A stretch of 64,000 nt of DNA from an uncultured Acidobacteriaceae bacterium. Its GTDB lineage: Bacteria; Acidobacteriota; Terriglobia; Terriglobales; Acidobacteriaceae. Made by a program: the position numbers and the translations under genes. Under the pieces are notes generated by a model that worked only from the letters and a program-made list of their open reading frames with translations, was not told where the DNA came from and ran no database searches. The stretch is taken from contig CAVYIR010000011.1 in the NCBI GenBank assembly GCA_963768645.1, positions 87,980-151,979 of the forward strand. The letters run 5' to 3'. Below, in pieces: positions 42,985 through 53,026 of this stretch. Position 1 is the first letter of the stretch. The number at the start of each line of letters is the position of its first letter.

Positions 42985-44365
42985 GGGCGACTCCTGCGTA
43001 GATGGATAATTTTTCTTTGATCGCCGCTAATGCGGCCCGAACTCGCAATGGTGCGGTCCCTCCCGGCACATCGTGTATCGCCAGGACTTCATCCAGCGAC
43101 AACGCGCGGTATAGTTCGGCATCGGCTGCTATGCCACACTGCGCGTAGTCTTCCTTCGACAGTTGCTCTAATTCGCAACTCTTCTCGAGGCCAAGACGAA
43201 CTGCTTGTCCGACCTTCTCGTGTGCCTGACGGAAGGGAACTCCCCGCCGCACCAGGAGTGCAGCAAGCGCCAGGGCATTCATGAATCCGCCACTCGCCGC
43301 CTGCTGCATCCGTTCGTCATCGAACGAAACTGCCGCCAGAAAGCCAGTCGCCACACGCAACATGCCAGACACTTGGCCAGCCGCGGCGAAAATGGGCTGC
43401 TGTGTTTCCTGCATGTCCTTGTTATAGGACTGCGGCAATCCCTTAACCGCTACCCACAGCTCCGTAGCATTGGCAAGCACACTTCCTGCTTTGCCGCGAA
43501 TTAGTTCCAGCGCGTCCGGGTTCTTCTTCTGCGGCATGGCGCTGCTGCCCGTCGAAAACTGCTCCGGTAACTTCACGAAGCCAAACTCCGTGGTCGAGAA
43601 CAAAATCAATTCCTCGGCCCACCTGCTCAGATGCAACGCCACGAATGACAGTGCCTGCACGAACTCGATCGCGAAGTCGCGGTCGCTGGTTGCGTCGATG
43701 CTGTTGGCCGTTGGCGAGTCGAATTGCAGGTCGTTTGCCATGGCCTCGCGGTCGAGTGGCAGTATTGTCCCTGCCACCGCTCCAGAGCCCAGCGGACATT
43801 CGTTCATCCGCTTGCGACAATCGGCCAGCCTGTCCAGATCGCGCAGGAACATTTCGACATACGCGAGCAGCCAATGCGCCACCAGAACGGGCTCGGCCCG
43901 CTGCAGATGCGTGTAAGCCGGCATCGCATTCTCGCCGGCGGCATCCGCCTGCTTCACGAATTCGCCCAGAAACTCCACCAGCGTTTGTGATATGGCATCG
44001 ATCTGATCGCGCACATACAACCGCAGGTCGGTTGCAATCTGCTCGTTGCGGCTGCGGCCGGTGTGGAGCTTGTAACCCACCTCGCCCGCGAACTCGACCA
44101 GTCGCTTCTCGACGAAGTGGTGCACATCTTCGATCGTGGGATCGTCATCCTGTGGCACGCCTTCACGGGCGATCTGATCCAGAGCGGACAGCGTCGTCGC
44201 CAGCTCCCGCTCATTCAGGACGCCGACCGTCGCCAGCGCGGCAGCATGCGCCCGGCTCGCGGCCACCTCGTAAGGCAGCAGCACGCGATCGAAAGGGAAC
44301 GAGCGCTGCCACTGCTCGAAGTCAGGATTCTGAGCCTGGCCGAAACGGCCGGACCACATCTTCAT
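42971..44365 (-). CDS. argH: argininosuccinate lyase
   Basis: Start trimmed to MKMWSGRFG (ATGA overlap with the argG stop). Fumarate-lyase signature GSSAMPQKKNPDALE. Confidence 0.95.
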   Translation of the reverse strand: MKMWSGRFGQAQNPDFEQWQRSFPFDRVLLPYEVAASRAHAAALATVGVLNERELATTLSALDQIAREGVPQDDDPTIEDVHHFVEKRLVEFAGEVGYKLHTGRSRNEQIATDLRLYVRDQIDAISQTLVEFLGEFVKQADAAGENAMPAYTHLQRAEPVLVAHWLLAYVEMFLRDLDRLADCRKRMNECPLGSGAVAGTILPLDREAMANDLQFDSPTANSIDATSDRDFAIEFVQALSFVALHLSRWAEELILFSTTEFGFVKLPEQFSTGSSAMPQKKNPDALELIRGKAGSVLANATELWVAVKGLPQSYNKDMQETQQPIFAAAGQVSGMLRVATGFLAAVSFDDERMQQAASGGFMNALALAALLVRRGVPFRQAHEKVGQAVRLGLEKSCELEQLSKEDYAQCGIAADAELYRALSLDEVLAIHDVPGGTAPLRVRAALAAIKEKLSIYAGVAHACT

Positions 44366-45568
44366 TTCAGACTCTCCGCATGCACCAGCGCACGCGAGCG
44401 CGCCGGCAGCCCAAGGATGCGAATGAAACCCTCCGCGTCCTTCTGCTGGTAGCCGGCTCCCATGGTGAAGCTGGCAATATCGGGCCGGTACAGCGACGTC
44501 GGCGATTTGCGGCCCGTGATGTCGATGTTGCCTTTGTAGAGGTCCAGTGTCACTTTGCCATTGACATCGTGCTGCGTACTTTCCACGAACGCCTGCAGCG
44601 ATTCGCGCAAGGGCGTGAACCACAGGCCGAAGTAGACGATCTCGGCATACTTCAGACCGATGTGCTGTTTGAAGTGCGCCAGGTCGCGGTCAAGGCACAA
44701 CGCCTCAAGCTCGCGATGGGCGGTGAGCAGCAGGGTGCCACCGGGTGTCTCATAACATCCGCGCGACTTTATTCCCACGAATCGGTTTTCGACGAGATCG
44801 ACGCGACCAATTGCATTTCGGGCGCCGATTTCGTTCAGTACTTCGACAATCGCCACTGGATCAAGAATGACGCCATTCACCGCCACTGGCGCGCCGTGTT
44901 GGAATTCGATCACAACCCTCTCGACCTTATCGGGCGCTTCCTGCGGCGAACTGTGTCCATGTCCATGTGGTCGCAAGTGGCGCGTTGTTCGGATCCTCCA
45001 GTTCGCCGCCTTCATGGCTGACATGCAGCAGGTTGCGGTCGCGGCTATGGATCTTCTCGCGACTTTGCGTCACAGAGATTCCATGCTGCTCCGCGTAGTC
45101 AAGACAATCCTCACGCGACTGGAGCGTCCACTCCCGCCACGGGGCAATCACTTTCAGTTCGGGCGCAAGCGCCTGGTACGCATGCTCGAAGCGCACCTGA
45201 TCATTGCCCTTTCCCGTGCAACCGTGCGCCACGGCAGTGGCCGCCTCCCGCAATGCAGCCTTGACTTGATACTTGGCGATGATCGGTCGCGCCAGCGACG
45301 TGCCGAGGAGGTACTTGTGCTCATATACCGCGCCCGCCTGGATCGCGGGAAAGACGTAGTCGAGGAGGAACTCCTGACGCAAGTCTTCGACGATCACCTT
45401 GCTTGCGCCGGTTGCGTATGCCTTCTCAACCACCGAGTCGAGGTCGTCGCCTTGGCCTACGTCGGCAACGTAGGCGATGACATCGCAGTCGTAATTCTCC
45501 TTCAGCCACGGAATAATGATAGAGGTATCGAGGCCTCCGGAATACGCCAGTACGACTTTCTCACGCAT
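44362..45568 (-). pseudogene. argG: argininosuccinate synthase with a single +1 frameshift (or an assembly indel)
   Basis: The N-terminal piece ([16 protein letters not shown]...[22 protein letters not shown]) and the C-terminal piece ([16 protein letters not shown]...GRVDLVENRFVGIKSRG...) are in different frames. Removing one T from coding-strand CAGTTCG (plus-strand AA at 44949-44950) restores ...TWTQSPQEAPD..., which is collinear with known ArgG. Confidence 0.85.
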
Positions 45569-46574
45569 ATGCACTCCTTGGAGGGAAGCGGTGAACGCCG
45601 CCTTCGAGCAATAAAACCATGATGGCTTTCTGAATGTGCAGGCGATTTTCCGCTTGATCGAACACCACGGAACGCGGCGAATCAATTACCGAGGCTGAAA
45701 CTTCATCTCCACGATGCGCCGGGAGGCAGTGCATGAATAGCGCATGCTTTGCGGCATAAGAGAAGAGCTTCTGGTTCACTTGGAAGGGGAGGAATATCTT
45801 GCGCCGCTCGGCGGCTTCGTCTTCCTGGCCCATGCTGGCCCACACGTCGGTATACACCGCGTCAGCCCCGGCGACTGCTTGAAGAGGATCGTTGACGACC
45901 AGCACTTGGCCGCCAGAGGCCGCCGCCAATTCTCGCGCCGCAGTCAGGACATCTTCGCTCGGCTCATATCCTTGAGGTGTTCCGACCGAGATGGTCGCTC
46001 CCAAGCTCGCTGCTGCCAGCATCAGCGAATGTGCGACATTGTTGCCATCGCCGAGAAAGGCGAGATGCACGTTGCGCAGGTCGCCGAAGTGTTCCTGTAA
46101 TGTCAACATGTCGGCCATGGCCTGGCACGGATGCTCCAATTCGCTGAGGGCATTGATCACCGGGATCGACGCGTGCGCGGCCATGGTCGTAACAGTCTCG
46201 TGCGCGAAGGTTCGCAGCACCACGCCGTCGACCCAGCGCTCCAGGTTATGGGCGACGTCGCTAAGGCTCTCGCGAGCACCCAGGCGCGATTGTGTCTGAT
46301 CGACAAAAAATGACACTCCACCAAGACTGTTGATGCCGGCCTCAAACGTCAATCGCGTGCGCAGCGAAGGTTTCTCGAAGAACAAGACGATCTGCTTGCC
46401 GACCAGAGTGCCGCGATAGTCCGCCGGACGCGCCTTCATCGCCGCTGCCAACTCCAGCGCACAGGCGAGTTCTTCCGGCGTGAAATCCTGAATCGAGATC
46501 AAGTCGCGTCCGGAAACGCTCCGCTGCGTGTAGGGATGGGGGCTTACGCCCGTGGGAACCGAAGTAGCAATCAT
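45561..46574 (-). CDS. argF: ornithine carbamoyltransferase
   Basis: Start trimmed to MIATSV (AAGGAG upstream). Motifs [17 protein letters not shown] and [11 protein letters not shown]. The stop overlaps the argG start by 8 nt. Confidence 0.9.
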   Translation of the reverse strand: MIATSVPTGVSPHPYTQRSVSGRDLISIQDFTPEELACALELAAAMKARPADYRGTLVGKQIVLFFEKPSLRTRLTFEAGINSLGGVSFFVDQTQSRLGARESLSDVAHNLERWVDGVVLRTFAHETVTTMAAHASIPVINALSELEHPCQAMADMLTLQEHFGDLRNVHLAFLGDGNNVAHSLMLAAASLGATISVGTPQGYEPSEDVLTAARELAAASGGQVLVVNDPLQAVAGADAVYTDVWASMGQEDEAAERRKIFLPFQVNQKLFSYAAKHALFMHCLPAHRGDEVSASVIDSPRSVVFDQAENRLHIQKAIMVLLLEGGVHRFPPRSAYA

Positions 46575-46603
46575 GCTGTATCTCCTTGGAGCAAAGACGT
46601 ACG

Positions 46604-47383
46604 TCACGAGGCAATGACCTCGGTGCCGCATTCAATCGAATGGCTGAAGAAACCAGGCAATACCTCCGCCTGCTCAGCGGGCAGGATGCGAACCCGCGCT
46701 ACACCTCTCTTCAGCGCCTTGGTGCAAGCTTCCAGTTTGGGCAACATGCCGCCACTGACCGTCGCTTGTTGCACCATCGCAGCAATCGCTTTCACATCGA
46801 GCCAGCGAATGACAGCGCCTTCGGCATCCTTAACGCCGGCAACATCGGTGAGATAGATCAACGCATCCGCGCCGCAAGCCACCGCGCATGCCGACGCCAT
46901 GTGATCGGCATTGATGTTGTAGTACTCATCGTCAACACCAAGCGCCAAACTCGACACTACCGGAACAATGCCCGCGTTCCACAGCCGCTCGATCCACTGC
47001 GCGTTGACGGAGCAGATTTCGCCTACATAGCCGAGATCCGGTTGCTTCTTTCTCGCTGCGCGAAACATGTTCAAATCTCCGCCGCAGAGGCCCAGGGCGG
47101 GCTGTCCCGCCGCACCGATCGAGGCCACGAGTTGCTTATTGAGCTGTCCGGCAAGCACCATCACGGCCACGTCGCGGGTCTGCGCATCAGTGACGCGCAA
47201 ACCGTCGATGAAAGTGGTTTCGCAACCGAGCTGCTTCAAGGTACGGCTAAGCGCCGCTCCTCCCCCGTGAACGATCACCAGCCTGTGACCTTCACGCCAG
47301 AGGCTGGGGATTGTTTTGGCAAACTTCGTGACCAACTCTTTGTTGTCAAGAGCCGCGCCGCCAATCTTAATCACCAGTTTCAT
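46604..47383 (-). CDS. argB: acetylglutamate kinase
   Basis: Start trimmed to MKLVIKIGGAAL (ATGA overlap with the argC stop). VIVHGGG and the amino-acid-kinase fold pattern are present. Confidence 0.9.
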   Translation of the reverse strand: MKLVIKIGGAALDNKELVTKFAKTIPSLWREGHRLVIVHGGGAALSRTLKQLGCETTFIDGLRVTDAQTRDVAVMVLAGQLNKQLVASIGAAGQPALGLCGGDLNMFRAARKKQPDLGYVGEICSVNAQWIERLWNAGIVPVVSSLALGVDDEYYNINADHMASACAVACGADALIYLTDVAGVKDAEGAVIRWLDVKAIAAMVQQATVSGGMLPKLEACTKALKRGVARVRILPAEQAEVLPGFFSHSIECGTEVIAS

Positions 47384-48426
47384 TGCAATCCTGCTTTCTC
47401 GTCGAAACCGAACATGAGGTTCATGTTCTGCACGGCTTGGCCGGCAGCACCCTTCAACAGGTTGTCGATGCACGACACTACGACCGCCCGCTTACCATCG
47501 GGTGACAGCGAAAAGCCGATGTCACAGAAATTCGTGTTGCGAGAAAACTTGATCTGCGGCAACCGCACCGCTCCGAAGACACGCACCCAGGGCTTGCCAG
47601 CGTAGAACTCGCGCAGGCATTGCTCCAGTTCCTCTACGGATACAGACTTCGCCAACTTCACATAGATGGTGGAAAGGATGCCGCGCGGGATCGGCAGTAG
47701 ATGCGGCGTGAACTGCAACGATCCGCCCTCGAGCCCAAGCTGCTCCAGCATCTCGCCGGTGTGCCGGTGTCCGAAGACGTTGTAAGCGCTGAAGTCGCCA
47801 TCGACTTCCACGAAATGCGTCTGCGCCGAAGGCGTCTTGCCTGCTCCTGAAACCCCGGACTTCGAGTCGCATATGATGCCGTGCTCAACATCCACGTATC
47901 CGGCGCGAATCCACGGAGCCAGAGCCAGAATGATCGAAGTTGGATAGCATCCGGGATTCGCCAGCAAGGCGGCGTGTTTGATCGCCTCAGCGTGTAATTC
48001 GGGCAGCCCGTACACCGCAACTTCATCGAGGAGCGACGCGGCTTTTGCATTGGCGTCGCTAAACCCGTAAACGTCACGGTTCACCGATTGCTTCAAGCGC
48101 CAGGCCCCGCTCAGATCGATCACGCGCAGGCCACGGCCGATCGCCGCGGGGACCCATTCGCGCGAGAACTCGTGAGGCGTCGCCAGGACCACGACGTCTA
48201 CCCCGGCATCTTTCACCCGCTGCCACGAGAAAGCCTCCAGCGGAAATCCGCCGTTGCCGGCCAGTTGCGGATACGCTTCGCTCAGATCGCCGTATCCTCC
48301 ACTCTCTCCGTTGCGCTGGAAGAGCAGCGGCTTTTTCACTCCGGTGTGGCGCGCAAGCAAGCGCACAAGCTCCAGGCCGGAGTAACCGGTCGCGCCAAAC
48401 ACAGCGGGTTGTACCGTGGCATTCAT
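47380..48426 (-). CDS. argC: N-acetyl-gamma-glutamyl-phosphate reductase
   Basis: 348 aa with NAD-binding VFGATGYSG and the active-site region ANPGCYPTS. Confidence 0.95.
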   Translation of the reverse strand: MNATVQPAVFGATGYSGLELVRLLARHTGVKKPLLFQRNGESGGYGDLSEAYPQLAGNGGFPLEAFSWQRVKDAGVDVVVLATPHEFSREWVPAAIGRGLRVIDLSGAWRLKQSVNRDVYGFSDANAKAASLLDEVAVYGLPELHAEAIKHAALLANPGCYPTSIILALAPWIRAGYVDVEHGIICDSKSGVSGAGKTPSAQTHFVEVDGDFSAYNVFGHRHTGEMLEQLGLEGGSLQFTPHLLPIPRGILSTIYVKLAKSVSVEELEQCLREFYAGKPWVRVFGAVRLPQIKFSRNTNFCDIGFSLSPDGKRAVVVSCIDNLLKGAAGQAVQNMNLMFGFDEKAGLQ

Positions 48427-48464
48427 CTTTGTCGTCGAAGGTCCCGATCCAAACCGTCCGATTC

Positions 48465-48905
48465 TTACGCGAAATAATCTCGAATACGCTTGGCCAGCTT
48501 TTCCGCGATTCTGGCGTCATGGGTGATGACCAGAATCGTGTCATCTCCACCGATGGTGCCCACGACCTCTTCCCACTCTTCGGCGTCGATGGCCGCCGAC
48601 ACGGGCTGCGCACTGCCGGCGCTGGTCTTCACCACCACCAGGTTTTGCGCGGTCTTCACGTCGTAAACAAATTCGTGAATGAGCCGCTCAATCGAAGGCA
48701 GAAATGCCTCGGCGACCTCGCCTTGGGGCAACTTATAGCCTTCCGCGGTCTTCACCAGCCGCAAGTCATGGATGTCGCGCGACAGCGTGGCCTGCGTCAC
48801 CCTATGGCCGCGCTTGTAGAGCAGCCGCCGCAACTCTTCCTGGCTAGCGACCTCGCGGTTGGCGACCAGATCGCGAATCGCGGTATGGCGGGAGAGTTTA
48901 GACAT
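48465..48905 (-). CDS. argR: arginine repressor
   Basis: Start at ATG 48905 (MSKLSRHTAIRDLV...). It has a winged-helix N-terminal domain (QEELRRLLYKRGHRVTQATLSRDIHDL) and a C-terminal oligomerisation domain (GTIGGDDTILVI). Confidence 0.9.
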   Translation of the reverse strand: MSKLSRHTAIRDLVANREVASQEELRRLLYKRGHRVTQATLSRDIHDLRLVKTAEGYKLPQGEVAEAFLPSIERLIHEFVYDVKTAQNLVVVKTSAGSAQPVSAAIDAEEWEEVVGTIGGDDTILVITHDARIAEKLAKRIRDYFA

Positions 48906-48908
48906 CGC

Positions 48909-48939
48909 ATAAATATACAACACTATGTATATTCATACA
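48909..48939 (-). promoter_or_regulatory. putative ARG-box-like operator immediately upstream of argR
   Basis: AT-rich island in GC-rich DNA. The minus strand reads TGTATGAATATACATAGTGTTGTATATTTAT, which contains TGAATATACAT-type half-palindromes resembling the ARG box consensus TNTGAATWWWWATTCANW. Confidence 0.35.
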
Positions 48940-49495
48940 AGAGCGGAGGATTGTCAAGAAATTGCTGGGGCGCTGCCGAAACATATCCGGCAGCAGGATC
49001 AGGAATTATGTGCTTTCGAAGTTCGATAAAGTGCCGGCAGCCTCCCTGCGGCAGACTCCCGGAGATTGTAAGGCGCATGCTGCGTGGTTTCGTCTGCGAC
49101 ACGCATTGTGTCGCCAGCACGTGCTCGACTTCGGAGGTCCCAATGCCAAATGCCAGCGCGCCAAGGGCCCCGTGGGTGCTGGTGTAGCTATCGCCGCAGA
49201 CCACGGTCATGCCCGGCTGCGTCAGCCCCAACTCCGGCCCAATGACATGCACGATGCCCTGCCGGCCCGATCCGACGTCGAACAACGGAATGCCTGCGCT
49301 TTCGCAATTGCGCCGAAGGGTCGAGATTTGTTGGGCCGCGATCTGGTCCTTGATGTGAAAGCGTTCGTCGGAAGTGGTGGGAATGTTGTGATCGCGGCGG
49401 GACCGTGCTGTCGCATGCCGGCCAGGCGTTCCTCAAGACGTGCAAGGCGCTGGCACAGGCTCCCGCGGGGCGATACATGTGGCAGGTGGAGCGGT
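48923..49495 (-). pseudogene. leuC: fragment of 3-isopropylmalate dehydratase large subunit / aconitase-family gene
   Basis: Reads ...[96 protein letters not shown]..., then degenerates. A frame change lies upstream of DHNIPTT. The conserved CGDSHT reads CGDSYT. Both the N- and C-terminal parts of the gene are missing. Confidence 0.65.
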
Positions 49496-49558
49496 AAGGC
49501 GGCAGGAGGGTGAGGAAGGCACTAAGCCGGTCCCGGCCTGGGCGCGAATGCGGCCCGG

Positions 49559-51103
49559 CTAGTGAGATGTCCAGCTCGACTTGAGCTGCCAGATTCTTAG
49601 GGACACAACTTTGCCGCTACTTCCTCGTGAGTACAGTTCAATGGCGCTGCTGCCGGGCGGAGGATAGATGCGGTCGGTCATGACCTCTTCGCCATCGTTG
49701 GCAAAGACCTCAACGCTGGAGCGGTCCACGAAAATGTGAAGCTTGATCCGTTTCGTGCTTTGCAGAGTAGTCGTGTAGCGTCCCGGGAAGTCCTTGCTGA
49801 AAGAGACATCACCGGACTGCGTGCGATCCACAAAAAGGGTGTTTGTGGAGGGAATCACGCCAATGACGGTCTCGGCGTTATCGCTTTTACGCAGGCGAAA
49901 TCCCATTTCCTCCGCCTTTTGCGTTTCAAACTCAGCCTCAATCTCGTAGGTCTCCCCGTTCACGCCAGCTTCTGCGATTTTGCGGTTTGCATCCAGGACC
50001 GAAGCGCTTTGAATTTGGAATGGCTGGCCTCGCAGGCTCTGCAACTCACGAACCGGTGTCTGCACGAGGATGGTCCCCGCCGCAGTTCGCCTGAGCGTCA
50101 GGGTTCGCGGAATCGACTGAGCTCCGCGCCAGAGCACAGTAGGCTCATCTTTAGCGTACAGCCAGTTGCTGGTCCAACCGATCCAGATCCTGCGGCCGTC
50201 GCTCGATGGCATGTCGTTGAACGAGTTGGTGGCGTAGAAGTCTTTGCCATAGTCTGCCCACAGCTTTGTCTGAGGCGGAGTCTCATCGGTGAACTGCTTT
50301 CCGTCGAAGTTACCGACCAGATATCGCACGCCGGTGCCGCCTGCCGGCGCCCCCGGATTGCGATTGACGATCAGCACCCATTTCTTGTCGTTAGTACCCT
50401 CGATTGGAAGCTCAAGTAGATCGGGACACTCCCATTGACCGGCGTCGTCACCAGCGGGACCGAACTCGCTGCGCATGGTCCACTTTTTTAGATCGGAGGA
50501 ATCGAAAAACACCGCCTTGCGCTGATCCGCCAGTACAGCTACCATCACCCACTTTTTCTGCGTTTCGTACCAGAACACCTTGGGATCGCGGAAGTCAGGC
50601 GCATCGAGATCGACGACGGGATTGCCGGCGTAGTTTGTCCATGTGCGGCCGCGATCGTTGCTGAAGGCAATGTGCTGCTTTTGCCGATCTTTGTAGGCCG
50701 CCGCGTAAATGGCAATAAGACACGAGTGGTCCTGTGGGTCGGGATTCTTACACAGGCCGCTGGAGTTGTTCCAGTCCACGACCGCACTGCCGGAGTACGC
50801 CATATACTTCGGATCCTCAGGAATGGCGACCGGCAAGTTGCGCCAGTGCACCATGTCGGTGCTGATGGCGTGTCCCCAACTCATGTGTCCCCAGACGTTG
50901 CCCCCGGGATTGTACTGATAGAAGAGGTGGTATTCACCTTTGTAGAAGACCATCCCGTTGGGATCGTTCATGAAATTGTGCGGGGGGGTGAAGTGATACT
51001 GCGGGCGCCAAGGCTGATTGTAACTATCCTGTGCCAGCAGTTGGGTTGCATGACCCAGAAAAATAGCGATCGCGAATAGACCAGCGCAAGCTTGTCTCTT
51101 CAT
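49559..51103 (-). CDS. secreted glycoside hydrolase family 32 (beta-fructofuranosidase/levanase-type)
   Basis: 514 aa with a signal peptide. GH32 motifs NFMNDPNGMVFYKGEYHLFYQYNP, FRDPKVFW and WECPDL. Confidence 0.9.
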   Translation of the reverse strand: MKRQACAGLFAIAIFLGHATQLLAQDSYNQPWRPQYHFTPPHNFMNDPNGMVFYKGEYHLFYQYNPGGNVWGHMSWGHAISTDMVHWRNLPVAIPEDPKYMAYSGSAVVDWNNSSGLCKNPDPQDHSCLIAIYAAAYKDRQKQHIAFSNDRGRTWTNYAGNPVVDLDAPDFRDPKVFWYETQKKWVMVAVLADQRKAVFFDSSDLKKWTMRSEFGPAGDDAGQWECPDLLELPIEGTNDKKWVLIVNRNPGAPAGGTGVRYLVGNFDGKQFTDETPPQTKLWADYGKDFYATNSFNDMPSSDGRRIWIGWTSNWLYAKDEPTVLWRGAQSIPRTLTLRRTAAGTILVQTPVRELQSLRGQPFQIQSASVLDANRKIAEAGVNGETYEIEAEFETQKAEEMGFRLRKSDNAETVIGVIPSTNTLFVDRTQSGDVSFSKDFPGRYTTTLQSTKRIKLHIFVDRSSVEVFANDGEEVMTDRIYPPPGSSAIELYSRGSSGKVVSLRIWQLKSSWTSH

Positions 51104-51251
51104 GGTTGCTGCCGCCGCGACATGGTACCTCGCGTTGGACCGGATGCTGCGGACACAGTAACCCCCTCATCGGAGGATAACGGATTACCAAGCCTACGCC
51201 CTTCGAGTTTGATCTCCGAAATTTTCCTAGTGGTCAGCCTATGATGCATGA

Positions 51252-51407
51252 TCACATCAGTGGTTGGAACTTGGCCGCACGATTCGCGAGCATCTGGTCG
51301 ACCCGCAGCTTCAGGTTCTTGAGCACATCATGCGTCAATTTATCGCCGAAGCAGGCAACGGCAATGGTCGCGAAACAGAGAACGAGAAATCGCCTTAGCG
51401 CCACCAT
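51252..51407 (-). CDS. small putative lipoprotein (51 aa)
   Basis: Hand-translated as MVALRRFLVLCFATIAVACFGDKLTHDVLKNLKLRVDQMLANRAAKFQPLM*. Signal-like N-terminus with a lipobox-like IAVAC. Too short for the ORF track and no homology recognised. Confidence 0.3.
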   Translation of the reverse strand: MVALRRFLVLCFATIAVACFGDKLTHDVLKNLKLRVDQMLANRAAKFQPLM

Positions 51408-51532
51408 CCCATGCTGAGATTTTTATTTTGGGACCGACGGCCGCTACAGGCTGTTAACGACAGCATCAAACGCCATGGTGCGAGTTACTCACGGGGGAGG
51501 AATCATCGACGGATAAGTTTGCATTGCCAGAA

Positions 51533-51724
51533 TCAGCGGCGGTGCCTCAGCAACAAACATCCTCCGATAAAGGAGAAGATGACCACCACTATGGCAAGGG
51601 TGAACAGTGCCCAGAAAGCCGGGTCGCCGCGGTCGGCATTCATGAGGTAATGGTGCATCAAGTGTCCGAAGGCCAGGGTCGTAAACAGTACGGCCACCCC
51701 GCACACGATGTTCAGAATTCGCAT
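51533..51724 (-). CDS. small two-TM membrane protein (63 aa)
   Basis: ORF MRILNIVCGVAVLFTTLAFGHL...FWALFTLAIVVVIFSFIGGCLLL has two clear hydrophobic helices. No homology recognised. Confidence 0.35.
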   Translation of the reverse strand: MRILNIVCGVAVLFTTLAFGHLMHHYLMNADRGDPAFWALFTLAIVVVIFSFIGGCLLLRHRR

Positions 51725-51868
51725 GACGTTTATTATTCCAGCTTATTGCGATGGAGAGGAGGGGGCAGATTCTTCGGGGCCAAAGCGCCTCGGAATAACC
51801 AGTACTCAGAAGCTTGCGAGGGGGCGGCTGAAAGCCGCACCCCTTCGAACAGTGCCCCCAATGCAACA

Positions 51869-53026
51869 TCAGTGCTTGTAGCCCGCACCGCGCAACGCTG
51901 CGGCGAAACAATCCGCAAAATCCCGAACGTGCTCCGTCGTTGCCAGTGGACCCATCACTCCGATGCGGAAGATCTTTCCGGCGAGCGGACCAAAGCCTCC
52001 AGCGATTTCAATGCCGTGCTCTTTGAGCAACGTGGATCGCACCTTGGCTTCATCCACACCTTGCGGCACCTTCGGTGTGTTCAAGTTCCAAATGCGATGC
52101 TCGGGAGCAACCAGCATTTCCAGTCCCATCGCCTCCAACGTCGTGACGAACTCCAGGTGCGCCTGGTGATGGCGGTCCCAGCGATTGTGCAAGCCTTCTT
52201 CTTCGATGAGCGTGAGGCCTTCGTGCAGGGCGTAAAACATGGTCGCCGATGCGGTGTGATGATAACGATGCGAGATGGTCAAATAGTCGGCGATCAGCTT
52301 CAGGTCGAAATACCAGGAGCGGTTCGGGGTTTCGCGTTTATGCAGCCACTCGGCCGCGCGCGGTGAGACCGTGATGGGCGACAGTCCGGGAGGGCAGCTC
52401 AAGCCTTTCTGCGTGCAACTGTACGCGATGTCAATGCCGGTCTTGTCCACTTCGACGGGCATTGCGCCAAGCGAAGTCACGCAGTCGGCAATGACCAGAG
52501 CGCCGACTTCATGCGCGGCCTTGCAGATGGCGTCGCCACGTTGAAAGGCTCCTGCGGAAGTCTCGGCTTGCACGTACATCACGACTTTGGGTTTCTCAAG
52601 GCGGATAAAGTCGGCAGCTTCCTTGTCATCGAAGACTTCGCCCCAGGGTTTTTCGAATCGCACGAGATCAGCGCCCTGGCGGCGCGCCATTTCTGACATG
52701 CGGTCGCAGAAGAAACCGTTGGCGAACGACACCACCTTCATCCCCGGCAAAACAAAGTTGGAGATGGCGGTTTCCATGCCACCACTGCCAGTGGCGGAGA
52801 TGACGAAGGTCAAGTCGTTCTTAGTTCCGAACACCGTGCGGAGAAGCCGTTGAATGTTGGAGGAGATCTCGAAGAAATAGGCATCGAGATGGCCGACGAC
52901 AGGCTGAGCCATTGCCTGGTAAACCCGGGGGTGGACCTGACTTGGGCCGGGGCCAAACAACAGCCGCATGGGAGGATGAATAGAGATTTCTTCGGCTAGC
53001 GCAGTTCTTTCAGCAGAGCTTATCAT
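51869..53026 (-). CDS. class-V aminotransferase (alanine-glyoxylate / serine-pyruvate type)
   Basis: Start trimmed to MISSAERT (TAGGAGG upstream). PLP-lysine region YSCTQKGLSCPPG, with the overall AGXT-like pattern (LLFGPGPSQVHPRV). Confidence 0.85.
   Translation of the reverse strand: MISSAERTALAEEISIHPPMRLLFGPGPSQVHPRVYQAMAQPVVGHLDAYFFEISSNIQRLLRTVFGTKNDLTFVISATGSGGMETAISNFVLPGMKVVSFANGFFCDRMSEMARRQGADLVRFEKPWGEVFDDKEAADFIRLEKPKVVMYVQAETSAGAFQRGDAICKAAHEVGALVIADCVTSLGAMPVEVDKTGIDIAYSCTQKGLSCPPGLSPITVSPRAAEWLHKRETPNRSWYFDLKLIADYLTISHRYHHTASATMFYALHEGLTLIEEEGLHNRWDRHHQAHLEFVTTLEAMGLEMLVAPEHRIWNLNTPKVPQGVDEAKVRSTLLKEHGIEIAGGFGPLAGKIFRIGVMGPLATTEHVRDFADCFAAALRGAGYKH

Noticed and set aside
43645-45021. 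Very long ORFs lie antisense to known genes. Examples are 458 aa opposite argH/argG, 339 aa at 46586-47605 opposite argB, 249 aa at 5497-6246 inside the IS5 transposase, 229 aa at 33087-33776 inside kdpA, 236 and 257 aa opposite the histidine kinase, 293 aa at 56317-57198 and 269 aa at 60400-61209.
   Set aside because: Their translations are Arg/Pro/Gly/His-rich low-complexity sequence typical of antisense frames in GC-rich DNA. In each case the opposite strand carries a gene with unmistakable family motifs.
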